Translations under genes and position numbers: made by a program
Notes under the pieces: model-generated
Database searches by the model: none
Told to the model about the DNA's origin: nothing
What the model saw: only the letters and a program-made list of their open reading frames with translations
Shown here: piece by piece, positions 22,211 to 35,028 of the stretch
Layout: every line of letters begins with the position of its first letter
How positions within the stretch are numbered: the first letter of the stretch is position 1
From: Stegostoma tigrinum
Lineage: Eukaryota
Direction: 5' to 3'
DNA length: 64,000 nucleotides
NCBI RefSeq assembly: GCF_030684315.1
Contig: NC_081361.1
Coordinates: 45,925,553-45,989,552, forward strand

Positions 22211-24390
22211 TCATACTGGTGCACCAGGAGTTTTCTTCTGAATGTGATGCAGTGTTTAACTCTTCATAGTTTTACTTACTTTAACAGGGCGATGACAAGA
22301 GGGTTTGATCAAAGCTGAAAGATATTCCTTTTTCCAAGATTTAGGTAATAAATGAGCAGGAAGCAAAAAAACCTTGCTCTTTTACATTATTGGCCATAAG
22401 ATGTAGGAGCAGAAGTAGGTCATTTGGTGCATCATTTGTCTACCTACTAACTGTCTGAAACTATTGCTTTTGTGTGCAGAACAAACTCCAAGACCTGATA
22501 AGGAAGTGTCACCTTGAATTAATTTTTAAGTGGAAATAACAGCTGAAACATTGAGATAGCCAATTTATTACAGTGTGTTAAAATTCTGCCTAGGACAATA
22601 AGATAGTTCCAGGTGATCACCTTCAGTTTATAAACCAACAAAATTGTGAATTGTTTGAAGTATTAGTATAAAATTCAGTTTATTTGTTCATCGAGTAGAG
22701 TAGGAAAATACACTCTGCATTTTCCTTCTCTTCAAGGCTGACAGCAACCACTTTGAAAATAACTGAGTAGGCGTTTCAATTTAAACTTACCAAATCATCT
22801 CAACCTTAATAGATTAATCATTGTTATCAAGCACCAAATAGTCTCAATTTTCAAATCTGTGTTTTCATAAAATGTTCCAAATGTCTTAACAATTTTGACA
22901 AGTTTTCAATCAGATGGTGATATTGAAATGGTGCTGGCCTAAATGACTCAATAGCCAGAGAGATGTTAGCACTGTGCTGGCTGGAATTGTATTTCTGCAG
23001 AATTCCCACTGCATAACACTTCCTAGAAAATTGAACCTTCTCATGGTTGCATCTGGAACCCCCCAAAAAAGCCCCTTAAGAAACTTTGGAGGATTCCAAT
23101 TCATTTCAGCTTAATAATTATCCAGGAAAAGGTAAAAGTTGCAAAACCTATTGTAAAATCTGGGGAACTATCGAACTGCCTCTCCAACTCCTAATAAGCC
23201 GACACCTGCCCCCCGACAATGACCAGAAAGTGGCATTACCAAACCCAGCAACCCTGCCCCTCTCAGAACCTGCCACCTCAGACCCTGTGCCTTCCCCCCT
23301 CTCAGACCTGACAGTCTTTGCCCTGACCAGACCCAACATTAATGTCATCCAACATTTCCAATTTCTTCCCCTTTGCTGGACATAACAAGCACCTCAACTG
23401 AAGGAACACCCTATCCAACACTGACCTGACCCTGTTGGACGTAATATACTCCTAACCCCCTAAACCCAACAGCCCACAATGCCTCATCTCCTGTAAGCTC
23501 TAATTAATTTACCTGCACTATGGCAATCTTCCACATCCTACTGTACATCATCCACCTGGCATGCTACAAATCTCACACGCTAAACCCTCAACTAATTCCA
23601 GCTGAACCCGACACCTAGTTATCCTTTTGGAGGAGCTAAGTGGCTGCTAGTAAATTACATCACAGCATATTAAATGTTGCTGATCTTGGTGTGGCTTCTA
23701 CAAATCCATGCTGCTGGTTTGGGGGTTCCTGGACAGCTTTGTAACAGGGGGCTCGTGTCCAGCAATCTTCAGCAGTAAAATCTTCTAAACGTGAGTGGGT
23801 AACATTTAATTGGTTCATGATCAGAGTTTTGTGAGTAGGCATCTTACTCAGAATGTTTGGGCCACAATTGCTTTTGCAGTTTTTGGTAGAAAGTTGAGAG
23901 AGCTGTTGTGAGGAGTAAAGCAGATATGACTATTCTGTCCAAGACTTGAACATGTTTCCTATCTCGGTATATTTTTTTCTTTTAAGAATCTGTGTTGCAT
24001 TCCTGAAGTGAATAGGTAACATTTGCTGTCTGATATTGTGATCCTTCTTTCAATTTTCTTTTGTCCCTCTTTTAAGTCTACTTTTGTATCATTGATATTG
24101 TGGTCTTTTGCTTTAAAAATATTTTCCCTTGATCTCTCTTAATTCCAGTTATTCCTGTGCACTTTCACTTTGTTAAAGTGAGACTCAACATATCAATCCC
24201 TACTGGGGCTATATATTGTCAAACAACTCATTTCATTCCAGATTCTCTTCCTCCTTTTGCTACCTAAATTTGACATCACTGGTATAATCTCATTACCTAG
24301 TTCCTCTTATTCTCCTCTGCAATCCTTCGCGCTTAACCTAATGCCACTCGCACATGGAATGAGAGCACACAGACAACTAATGTATAGTTT

Positions 24391-25556
24391 AGAGATAGTG
24401 GGAACTGCCAGTGCTGGAGAATCTGAGATAACAAGATGTAGAGCTGGATGAACACAGCAGGCCAAGCAGCTTCAGGCGAACAGGAAAGCTGATGTTTCGG
24501 GTCTGGACCCTTCTTCAGAAATGGTTCCGGGGGTTGGTGGGGTGGTATGTGAGGATGAGGGGGATTCTGTTTTGGTTGTTATTGTGGGGAGAGGGTATGA
24601 GGGATGAGTTGCGGGAAATGCGAGAGACACAGTCGAGGGCGTTTTCGACCACTGTGGAGGGGAAGTTGTGGTCCTTGAAAAACGAGGATATCTGAAATGT
24701 CTGGGAGTGGAATGCCTCATCTAGGGAGCAGATGCGTTGGAGGCGAAGTAATTGGGAATAGGGGATGGCATTTTTGCAGGAAGGTGGCTGGGAGGAGGTG
24801 TATTCTAGGTAGCTGTGCGAGTTGGTAGGCTTGAAATGGGTATCGGTTTCCAGGTGGTTGCCAGAGATGGAAACAGAGGGATCCAGGAAGGAGCGAGAGA
24901 TATTGAAGCTGGTCCAGGTGAACTTAAGGTCAGGGTGGAAGGTGTTATTGAAGTGGATGAACTATTCTAGCTCGAAGCAGTGCCCATACAATCATCGATG
25001 TAATGGAGGAAGAGCTGGGGGATAGGGCCAGTGTAGCTTCAGAATAGGAATTGTTCCACATATCGTACAAAGAGGTAGGCATAGCTTGGGCCCATGTGGG
25101 TATCCATGGCCACCCTCTTTGTTAGTAGGAAGTGGGAGGAATTGAAGGAGATGTTGTTAAGTGTGAGGACGAGTTCAGCTAAGCAGATGAGGGTGTCAGT
25201 GGAGGGGGACTGTTTGGGCCTGTGGGACAGGAAGAAGCGGAGGGCCTTTAGGCCATCTGCATGGGGAATGCAAGTGTACAGACACTAGACATCCATGGTA
25301 AAGATGAGGTGTTGGGGACCAGGGAACTGGAAGTTTTGGGGGAGGTGAAGGGCGTGGATGGTCTCATGGATGTTGGTGGGGAGGTCCTGGACTAAGGGGG
25401 AGAAAATGAAGTCGAGATAAGTGGATATAAGTTCAGTGGGGCAGGAGAAGGGTCTGAAGAAGGGTCCGAAGAAGGGTCCAGACCCCAAACGTCAGCTTTC
25501 CTGCTCCTCTGATGCTGCTTGGCCTGCTGTGTTCATCCAGTTCTACACCTTGTTAT
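24391..25556. mobile_element. Internally deleted Penelope-like element with inverted termini
   Basis: - strand RT remnants (LIFTMDV, AMDTHMGP.YA, YTS.HPPSCK.AIPYSQ); pLTR termini at both ends; imperfect TSD ctaatgtatagttt / ctaaggtatagtct. Confidence 0.85.
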
Positions 25557-25728
25557 CTAAGGTATAGTCTTCCTGCTCATAACCCAATGAATTTGCAGCT
25601 GTTAAATATTCCAAACCAAATCCTTGCAGAACAACTGGAATTGAACAATCCACTCTGTCCATGAGGATATTTTATGCATTTTCAATGAGAATCTGATGAT
25701 ACTTCACTTTTCTTTTTCTTGGTGACAG

Positions 25729-25944
25729 ATTTCAGTCCGAGAGTTTGTGGAGTTCTTTCCAGGACCAGAAGCTCAGGACCTTGGAAACATGTTTGAATTT
25801 TGGAAGCGAGGTGGACAGAAAATGAACTATGCTTTGACCCTAGAACTGTATCCAGAGTTACAACAATTCAAACAGTGGGTTTCAGCTAACAGTACCTTAC
25901 TCAGGACTGCTCTGGATAGTGATCAGGCAGTACTGACAGACTGA
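25729..25944 (+). CDS. NmrA-like protein, last coding exon
   Basis: Pyrimidine tract + gacag|ATT; ISVREFVEFFPGPEAQDLGNMFEFW...LTLELYPELQQFKQWV...* (NMRAL1 FPGARDLANMFRFY...LTLRLNPKALTLDQWL); total CDS 309 aa. Confidence 0.88.
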   Translation: MSVREFVEFFPGPEAQDLGNMFEFWKRGGQKMNYALTLELYPELQQFKQWVSANSTLLRTALDSDQAVLTD

Positions 25945-26067
25945 TGAATGCGTTTCGATAAAGAGTAATTGCAGTTTCTGAATCTTTTACGGAAAATTAA
26001 ACAAATTGGTTATGGGATGCTACTGGAGGATATCACTGACCATGTTTATCAAATGTTGGCTCTCAGA

Positions 26068-26073
26068 AATAAA
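26068..26073 (+). terminator. Polyadenylation signal of the NmrA-like gene
   Basis: AATAAA ~125 nt after the stop, followed by U/GU-rich sequence. Confidence 0.55.
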
Positions 26074-26324
26074 ATGCATTCTTTTTCATTTGTGTGCATA
26101 TGTATTTTCTATCTCCTTTCCTTGCTAGCTCACTAAGTCAAACTCTCTTTGAAACTGCAATTTGCTTTAGACCTCTGCCAGTGTCACTCTGATAAAGTAA
26201 GTAATCCAGAAGGCTCCAAAATCTCCTCCAATTTACAAATTGCAGAATTAAAATCAGAGAGCCTTGAACCAGGACAGATCAAACTGTGGCTGAGTCAGCC
26301 ATATAACAATGCATTCAATTCTCC

Positions 26325-26637
26325 TACATCAACATTCTGGGGCCCCAGGTTCGAATCCCACCATGGCAGTTGATGGAAATTGAATTTAATTTTTGAAAAA
26401 AATTCTGGAATTAAGAATCTAACGACCTTAAATCCATTGTCAATTGTTGGAAAAACCCATCTGGTTCACTAATATTGTTTAGGGAAGGAAATTGCCGTCC
26501 TTACCTGGTCTGACCTACATGTAACTCCAGACTCACAGCAATGTGGTTGACTCTGAACTGCTATCTGACAATTAGGGATGAGCAATAAATGCTGCCTAGC
26601 CAGTGACACCCTTATCCTGTTAATGAATAAAAAAAAA
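26325..26637 (+). mobile_element. tRNA-derived SINE with LINE-shared 3' tail
   Basis: B box ggttcgaatccc; tail caattagggatgagcaataaatgctg...atgaataaaaaaaaa matches the LINE tail near 15890-15955 (-). Confidence 0.75.
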
Positions 26638-29600
26638 GTTAGGTTCTGCCTTGACTGAACCAGTAAGTAAAATGTAATACCCGCAAATTAGGGCTACAGC
26701 TGACTAATCTCCATATTCATGTCTGTGGTACTGCTGCTGACTTTAACATATTTTTCTTCCATATATAGATATGAAGATAAAACCTCAGACACAAAGGGCC
26801 AGTTCAGCATGTAACATAGGAAGTTAATTAGTAATTTGTAGAAGCAAGAAGTACTCTATGTAACAATACAGAACTATTCTAATTTTCAGGCGCCAAGAAA
26901 ATCTGGTATTTTAAATTATTTTTCACCATTTTTAACCAGTTAGTGAGATTTAATTTTACAGTTTTCCAGTAATTCTCCGGCATTGTGGTCATGGCGTGAT
27001 GAAATGTCACTTCCTGTTTTGAAACTGAAGTTTTTTTTATAAAATGCTGTAAATTCAGTAGTGTGCGCCTGCCTTTTGCTTTCATCAGCGGCTCTCTCCG
27101 AGACTCTAGCAGTTCTGCACTCTTTGTGAAAGGGAACAGCACTGGTGCAAGCTGATTCAGATTAGATTTTTGTTCACATTTTTCTTGTGCACTGACTTGC
27201 CTAATTTATCTCACACTGTACAGATCAGGAATAGTTCCTTCATCGTCTCCAATTAGGAATACTTGACATACCAAAACCTATCCAATTTGTGTAGCATAAG
27301 GAATCCACATCATGCAATTTCCTGGAATTTGAAAACTTTCCTAATCTAGATTTGAAATATTAATCTTTTTGATTTTGCATAGCTTTCTAAGCTGAAGTAA
27401 AAGGATTTAAAAATTGGAAATACACAGGCCAGTCAGTATTCTGAAGACAAAAGACTAATATTTCAGGTGGGGACCCTTCATTTCCTGTGCTTTGCTAGCA
27501 TTGTCCACTTTTTAATCAGATAGTTCTATGTCATGGTGTAATGCATTTTCAAACAATCAGCTTAACCTTGAATTTTGTTCCTAAATAAAAAAAAATTCCC
27601 TGCTTTGTGCTCTCTGTGAATTCAGTTTGTTGTAACTGAATGTGTGGACAGGGAAATTGAACCAGATACTGTGATGTGACCAATATTAGGATTTATTTAG
27701 AACAAGCCAAAATGAGTCTTTCTTTACCCCCTGCAAGTTTAAATCTTTGCTCTTCCTGCCCATGACATACAGCCTGGGAGCTCCAGTGAACACTGTCACT
27801 ATTCTGCATTTCAAAGGACATCAGTTTTTATCAATGTTTTAAAACACAAATTCTTCAACATTATTCTACAGGATCAAGCTTTCTCTTCTAGTATTAAAAG
27901 TACTTCATTTTATTCCATTAACATTCTTAGTATTTTGCATTTAAAAGTAATAAATATGGGCAATAGTTGACCATTCAGATGCTTGAGCCTGTCCCACCAG
28001 TTAGATTGTGGCTAATCTGATTGTGGTCTTAACTTTAATCACCTGGGTGCCTCCATAACCTTAGGCTCCCTTCTCACGCAGAAATACAGAACTTTTGAAA
28101 AATTCAGTGGATTGCTACATTTGGAATTAATATGACAAGCTCCATTTAAGAAGATCTAGAATTAGTGGGCAGTTCTTCCATTTAAGACAGTGATGAAGAG
28201 GAATTTCTTTTCCCAGAGTCTTGATGACCTGTACAGTAGTGGGTAATGGAGGCCGAATCACTGAGTATTTTAGAGACTAAGTTAGACTTTTTTTTATATA
28301 AAAGAAAGTCAAGATTTGGGGAATATACTGGAAGCTGGAATTGAGACCACGATCCTTTTGAATTATGTAGCAGGTTCAAGGGCCTGAATAGCCTCCTCCG
28401 CTTATATTACTTATGTTCTTAAGATTTGCAATCCGTAATTGTGGGAAGTTAGCATAACCATATTTATTTTAATGGAATCTTAATTCAGTTTTATGCACTT
28501 ATTTTGTTGAATGTTGTCTCAAAACCCTCCATTTTTCAGCAAAGTTATTAGAAAGAGATTGGGTGTAGGTTCCCTGAACTCCTTTGCACAGTAACACCAA
28601 AGCTAATCTTCACCACAACACTACTATTTTTGGGGAACTGTCCATGAAATCAAATGAATTTTGAATACACTCGCTTAATAAAGTGAAAGGCTCCAGGATT
28701 ATTTTATATTGCTCAATTACAGATAGTATACATTTGAGAAGATGCAGTGGCCCCAGATACGGGTGGGCCTACCCTTTTTGTTCTAAATCAAGGTTTAAAC
28801 ATTATATTTATACATAAACTGACACTGCATCTATTGCAAAATGTTATCTGTATGTTGCTACATGACCTCATACAATTACTGGTGACTCAAGTGCTAGCTT
28901 CAGTTTGTATACTGTCACAACTCTCAGGAAAAAAAAAGAGGACCCCTAGGTCTCCATATTTAAATAACCAAGACCTTTTAGGTTATTCTGATGACAGAAT
29001 CACAGCATACACAGCACCACAAAACAACTCTTTTACAGAACTCCAGTGAAGGCAGACCTTAACACGAACAGCAGATTTTGAAAACGATTTCAATAGTCAT
29101 TCAGTTTTGCCACGTTGCTTTGACCACATCCTGCTCTTGCTCAGCTCTGTGGAAATTCAGCCTGTTACTTAATAAATACTCACAATGATGATTCTAGTTT
29201 ACATCCACCACCTCATAAGTTCAATCCTTTAATGAATATGTAATCAGTGAGGTAACAAATAGGACTACAACATGTTACATACAAATATCTAGAAAGCTGC
29301 CTTTCAACAGACGATTCCATTGTTATAAATATTGTCCATTTTTGAATTAGATGTTCCTTATGTCTACAGATAATTCACAGATGACGAATGTAGTTTCTCT
29401 TTAAATATAAACAGCAAGATTATAAATGTATAAGCTAGATGGTGCAGGGCACCACTGTGCAGACATATATGGCCATCAGAAAACCAATGTGAAAATAAAA
29501 GCTTTGCAAGATATTTCCCTGTGGCAATTTTGAAACAAGAAGGTTAGTAAGCAAATAGTGAATGTTTTGTCTTCCATTACATACAACTGGAGTCTTACTC

Positions 29601-30729
29601 CAAAGTATTGACTTCGCAAGGTCAGGCATATTTTAAACTCTTCCAGGCGGGGAGTAGTTTATTTGTTTCATTGTTCCTTCAATCAGTGTCTGAATTGTAA
29701 TTCCGCATGAACTGAGTTTGTAAAATGACTCCCAATACACCAGCAATTGCTTGGTTATTATCCACATGATTATGCTGCAGATCTTTACCAGAGAACATCC
29801 AACATGTATACATGGTCAGTAAAACTTTGGTAAGCTGGGCACTGGTAATAAAAAGGATAAAATCCATCTATTGTCTAGTTTCCCCATAAACCAGATAAAC
29901 TACTCTGACTAGAATGTTATGAATGAATTTGCCTAAGTGTCCCACCATATCTAAGTGGTCAAATCGGGACAAACACAAGCCAGTACCAATGCAACAGTCG
30001 CAACTTCAGCGGGAAACAAGTTACAATAGCTTTTTCTACAAAACAATACTATCTGTAATCCTAATGGGCCCTTTTGGCTTATAATACTTCCTAAGTCTCT
30101 TGTAGATTTGCGCAACCATGCTCTCTCAGCAGGACCGTGAAGCTGCTTTCTTTCTTCCTCCCTCCTTCGCTCCCCCCACCCAGACAGTCAAAAGGTCTCT
30201 GCTTTTGCCATGCTGGTCTCCTCAGAAGATTTGAGAGAAGTATGAAGGTGAACTCTGTTTTTATACCTCTTTACATAGTTTTCTGGAACTTTTTTCTTTT
30301 GGGGCCAATCAGGAAGACTTACTTGCTTGAAACAGTGTCAATCATTTGGATGGCATGCTACTGTTTGGTTTCTTTATATAAGAGGATACAGTGCCTCTCT
30401 ATCTGGGTCTTCCTTTGTTTAATGTATAAATTGTTGAGGGCAAGTCTGGCCAAACTGCCCCAATTGTTGTCTCTTACGCAAACAATCTCATTAGTATCAG
30501 GCTGTTGTGTTTGCATTACAGCTGGTGTGTGGGTTTTGTGACTTCAGAGTTTTACTTGGCCAATGTACCCAGCATCCCTTGCTTTTTTTTGGGAAAATTA
30601 GCCACATAGCTGCTACACAGCAGCAATTCTGTTCTGGAACACAACCACTGCACGCAACATGTCCTACAGATGACAATGTCTCATAATAGCATTAATATTT
30701 AACTAGTCAATTGGAGTTCTTTGAACTTA

Positions 30730-31830
30730 CACATGCTGTCAATAAAATAGAACTTCAGCATATACTAAGAATTCCAGAAGGCATTTAACAAGTTACCACT
30801 ACAAAGATTATTGCAGAAAATAAAAGTTCATGGTATGTTGCCACGAGCATAGCATATCAGCATAGATAATTGACCCGCTAACTGAAAGCAGACAGCTGAC
30901 ACAAATGGGTCCTGAAATATTTACAAGATGTAGCAAGGGAGGTCAGAGATTGATGCTGAGACTTGATCTGTATGCAATTTGAAGGACTTAGATGAAGGGA
31001 CAGACAGTAATTGTCAAATTTGCTAATGACACAAATGGTAGTTGGAAAATAAATTATGAGCAAGGGAAGAATATGAAAAGTTAAATAGGTCAAGTGAGAA
31101 AAGATGTGGCAAGTGGAGTCTAATGTGGGAAATGTAAAATGGACTGCTTTTGCAGGAAGAATAAAATAATTGTGAAAGATTACATACCTCTACATCTGAG
31201 ATCTGAGTATTGTCATGCATAGATTGCTTGTGCAGCTAATGGAACATCATCATTCATCACAAAGGAAACCAAACACAAAAAACAGGGAGATTGTGCTCCA
31301 GTTATACATTGCATTGCTCCACCAACATCCAGCGCTGTGCATTCATCACCTTACTAAAGGAAGTGTGACAATACATTGGAAGAGTACAGAGGTTTAGCAC
31401 ACTAATACCTTGGACAACATAATGAAACATTAGACAAGCTAAGCTTGTATCCACCGGACTTCAAATAGAAACAAAAGATTCAGAGAGGTCTCGACAGAGT
31501 ACATGTGAAATGCTTCCTCTTATGGAAGAATATAGAACCAGGTATGTACTTTAAAAAGTCAGGACCATCCAAGTAAAACAGAGATGAGGCAAAATTGTTT
31601 GTCAAAAAGATGAGTTTTTAGTACTCTTTCTGAAAAGGCAGAGGAAGCAGCATGTCCTGGACTATTTTTAATGCAGAATTAGCTCAATTATTGTTAAGCA
31701 ATGAAGTGAGAGTTTCAGGGTAGGCAGGAACATGGATTTGTAATTACAATCAGATCAGTTATGATCTTATGAATGGCAGTGCAATCATATGGGACTGAAT
31801 GGCATACCTCTGCACCTAATTTCTATGTTT
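30730..31830 (+). mobile_element. Old degenerate CR1 LINE
   Basis: FQKAF.K.P, KFANDT and CR1 3' tail remnants. Confidence 0.65.
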
Positions 31831-33864
31831 AATTGGATTTAAATCCCAGTCATTCTGGATCTGAATTAAAATCTGAAAATAACATGTTACTTTGAAGATG
31901 TCCAGATGGAGTTAATCTTACTTTCTCCGTGGCAAAATGCAACTTCTGCTGAGTATTTTTTAAGGGAATCTGACCACAAAGCTGAGAGACTTATCTTACC
32001 AAATGCATATCATTAACTACCCAACTCACCTCTCATGTTCCTCATGGTCAATACTATCCCTACACCACACATCTTTCCAAGAATGGCTGGGCAGCTCAAC
32101 GCCCTGCATCTCTTGCACCAATATCATCTTTAAAAGGCTGCTGTGCACCCAGACAAGTATCACCAGCCATCTAATGGCATGGCAGCTACACATTCCCTTG
32201 CACATACAACTCAATTCTCTCACCGTCTTCACTGTTGAATCACTATACTAGATAATCTACTTGTCCTTAATTACATCCCATCAAAATACCCTCTCCAAGT
32301 GACTACTGTTGTCAATGCCCACTGTAGACCTGTCGCTTGTCAGTCTAGGAGAAAGAGATGTCACAATAGCTGATACCAGCTATGCAAAAAAAATGCGTAC
32401 CACGCCCAAAATGAAACATTGCTCAATATGCAAGTTTTGTGTTTGTTTCCAAGTGCAATAAGGATTTAATCTTTCAAGTTTCCCAGTATATTCACACCCA
32501 AACAAGAATTTCAAAAAAATAGGAGCACCAATTATTTTACTTGAAAATTAACTTAATCTCAGTATAGAACTTAGTATGATGACATAGCAAATTACATTGT
32601 TGAATTCAAATTTGGTCATGAATGAAATAAATGCAGAACAGGTGTATTTCTGTTCTATCTCCGACATCAGGAGAAGAATGCAGGTTCACCACCCAGAGTT
32701 CATAATCTAAACCATTCCCTCAACAAGGAAGGAATTAAAATATTGAACATAGATTGAGGGCCTGAACCAGGTAGCTTAAAACAGCTCACTGTTAAAGTCA
32801 AGGTAAACTTAATGTATTGATCATTTAAATTCTGACCACAAAGAATTGCAATAGCATTGTAATTGCTTTTCATTTTTAAAGATAAAATGAATGTGGCAAT
32901 TAGATTAAAATACTTTCATCTGTAATAGTAATCACAACGTTAAAATGTGGTTTCCATTTGAATACATTTTATTTTGATATAATTGCTGAGCTATCAAAAC
33001 ACATTTTTCTTGTGACCAAATAATGATGAAGTTTTTCCTAATTTAATGATTTTTCACACATCCCAGAATTAAAGATTGCATTTCAACTGACAATTAGCCC
33101 TGTTCATTGTTTTACATTAGACATTGTAACCATAATAATAAAAAGTGAAAGCTTGTTGAGAGATTCTCACTTCCATAGGTTTTGGCACTAAATGTCAGTG
33201 CCACAAATAGGTTTAAGTATTACCGTGCTCCTTGGTACGTATTTTACTAATTAGTTGTTAAATGGTGGGTAACAAAGACCAGGAATATGACTTGGATGGG
33301 TAGAGTGGTGGGAATTGGCAGAAATCTATCTCCTAACTGAATGCATGAACCTAGAGATGAACAGTGGACAGGTGATGCATTTTTCTTTTCCCACTGTGAA
33401 ACCGACAGTTTAAGCAAGAATTAAAATTTGCCATCAATTCAGTGCATCATTTTGAAATAATTAGACTAGTTACAATAAAAACAAACCAAAATGGTCATAA
33501 GATTTGTCGTGCGTGAACTGGGTTCTTAATGAACAGTAAATTCAATTTCCAACTTACATTGTATCTTTTCAAATAAGCAAAAGCATCATGTTGCAGTTCC
33601 ATTCTCAAAGTTTCAAAATATTAAGCCAGCCGAGTCTGCAATTTCTGTTTGCAATTATTGTTGGTATTCTAGCAGAACAATAATCGCTGCACTGAAAACC
33701 CCAGCATGCTGATAGTGTCAAATTTATTCGTTCATTCCGGTACTTATGATACAATTATATTGCACCCACAGATTGACAGAGCCAATTTTCTGAGACCTGT
33801 TTATTACAAGCACCAGCCATCCTAAGTATAACTGTAATACAATGGTTAACTCCAGGTTGGTCTT

Positions 33865-34030
33865 ATGGTTGAGTAGGTAGAAAACAGAGTTAAAGTTTTA
33901 AGTGTCAAGACCCTGCCCGAAGAAGGGTCACTGGACCCAAAAGGTTACCTGCTTTCTCTCCAGATGCTGCCAGACCTGCTGAGTTTCTTCACAAATGTCT
34001 GTGCCCATTTCAGGTTTTCCACAGTTCTTT
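33865..34030. mobile_element. Degenerate hairpin mini-element (18270-type)
   Basis: ccgaagaagggtcactggacccaaaagg core followed by cagatgctgccagacctgctgagtttc. Confidence 0.55.
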
Positions 34031-34627
34031 ATTTTATCGGAGCCATTCGGTTTGAGTTCAGGTCCCACCCACAGACTTGACAGTCAAGGAGATGTCCTAG
34101 TAATATATCCAAACGCTATCAATATCAACTTTAAATCTTTCCAACACACACCAATGGCAAGTGGTGTAACAGCAGGAGAGGTCCCTGGCCAGCCATGTAG
34201 TGGGGAAAAAACAGTGAATCAACCTTCAGGTTAATGTGTATGTGAAATGCAAGTTGTAAATCAAACTGTTGGCATTACTTGATTGGATAGACATTATGGA
34301 TGAAACTGGTTTGAACAGCATGGGGTATGACCTTTATTCTAGACCGGATGGGTTCAGGACCAGTTTTCTGAACTACCTGAGAATTAGGCAAAAGAATCAA
34401 GCAGTTAATTCCCAAATATGCTAAAACTTCAATATTCACTATGACCCAGAATTGATCAAGACATGATTTCAAACTTATATTTTAATTGCTTAGCTGTCAT
34501 CAGCTAGACATCCCAATTACAAATGCAAAATACTCATGAACAACTATATGCGGAATCAACTGCATGTGAATGCATTACATTTTAGTCAATATATTCATGT
34601 CTGCATCATACATTCATATATAGTACC

Positions 34628-34633
34628 TTTATT
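34628..34633 (-). terminator. Polyadenylation signal of ARPC5
   Basis: AATAAA on the - strand ~335 nt after the stop in AT-rich unique sequence. Confidence 0.5.
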
Positions 34634-34965
34634 CAATTATACAGGTTAAAACAGTTTTCTGCAAAAAAGTTTCCAATTTTCTGGCAATTTTTTTTTAAAT
34701 AAAATCGAACTTCAGAAATGTTCTTGCTTGGATATAAAAATTGTACTAAATACTGAGTTTATAAAAGAAGATTAAATTGCACCTTTGATTCTGGTTTACA
34801 GAAATAAACAGAGCTAATTACATATTCAGACCGTTCATAAAAAGCAAGCTAATTTTTGTTTTTAATGAAAAAGGAGATTATGACTCCAGTGTTGCACAAA
34901 CTGGTTCTTTTGGTCTCGGCACCAGCAATTTCTCTGTACCAGACAGGAGCTCCTTGTTCCATTGC

Positions 34966-35028
34966 TCAAACAGTTTTTCTTGCTGTTAGAACTCGTACTA
35001 CAGATCCCACTCCTCCAGCTGCTAACAC
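34966..35028 (-). CDS. ARPC5: ARPC5 exon 4
   Basis: ttccttag|VLAAGGVGSVVRVLTARKTV*; 63 nt. Confidence 0.95.
   Translation of the reverse strand: MLAAGGVGSVVRVLTARKTV

Noticed and set aside
26879-30541. Short intergenic ORFs (26879-27142, 28747-29049, 30137-30541) as an extra gene
   Set aside because: No recognisable homology or coherent exon chain
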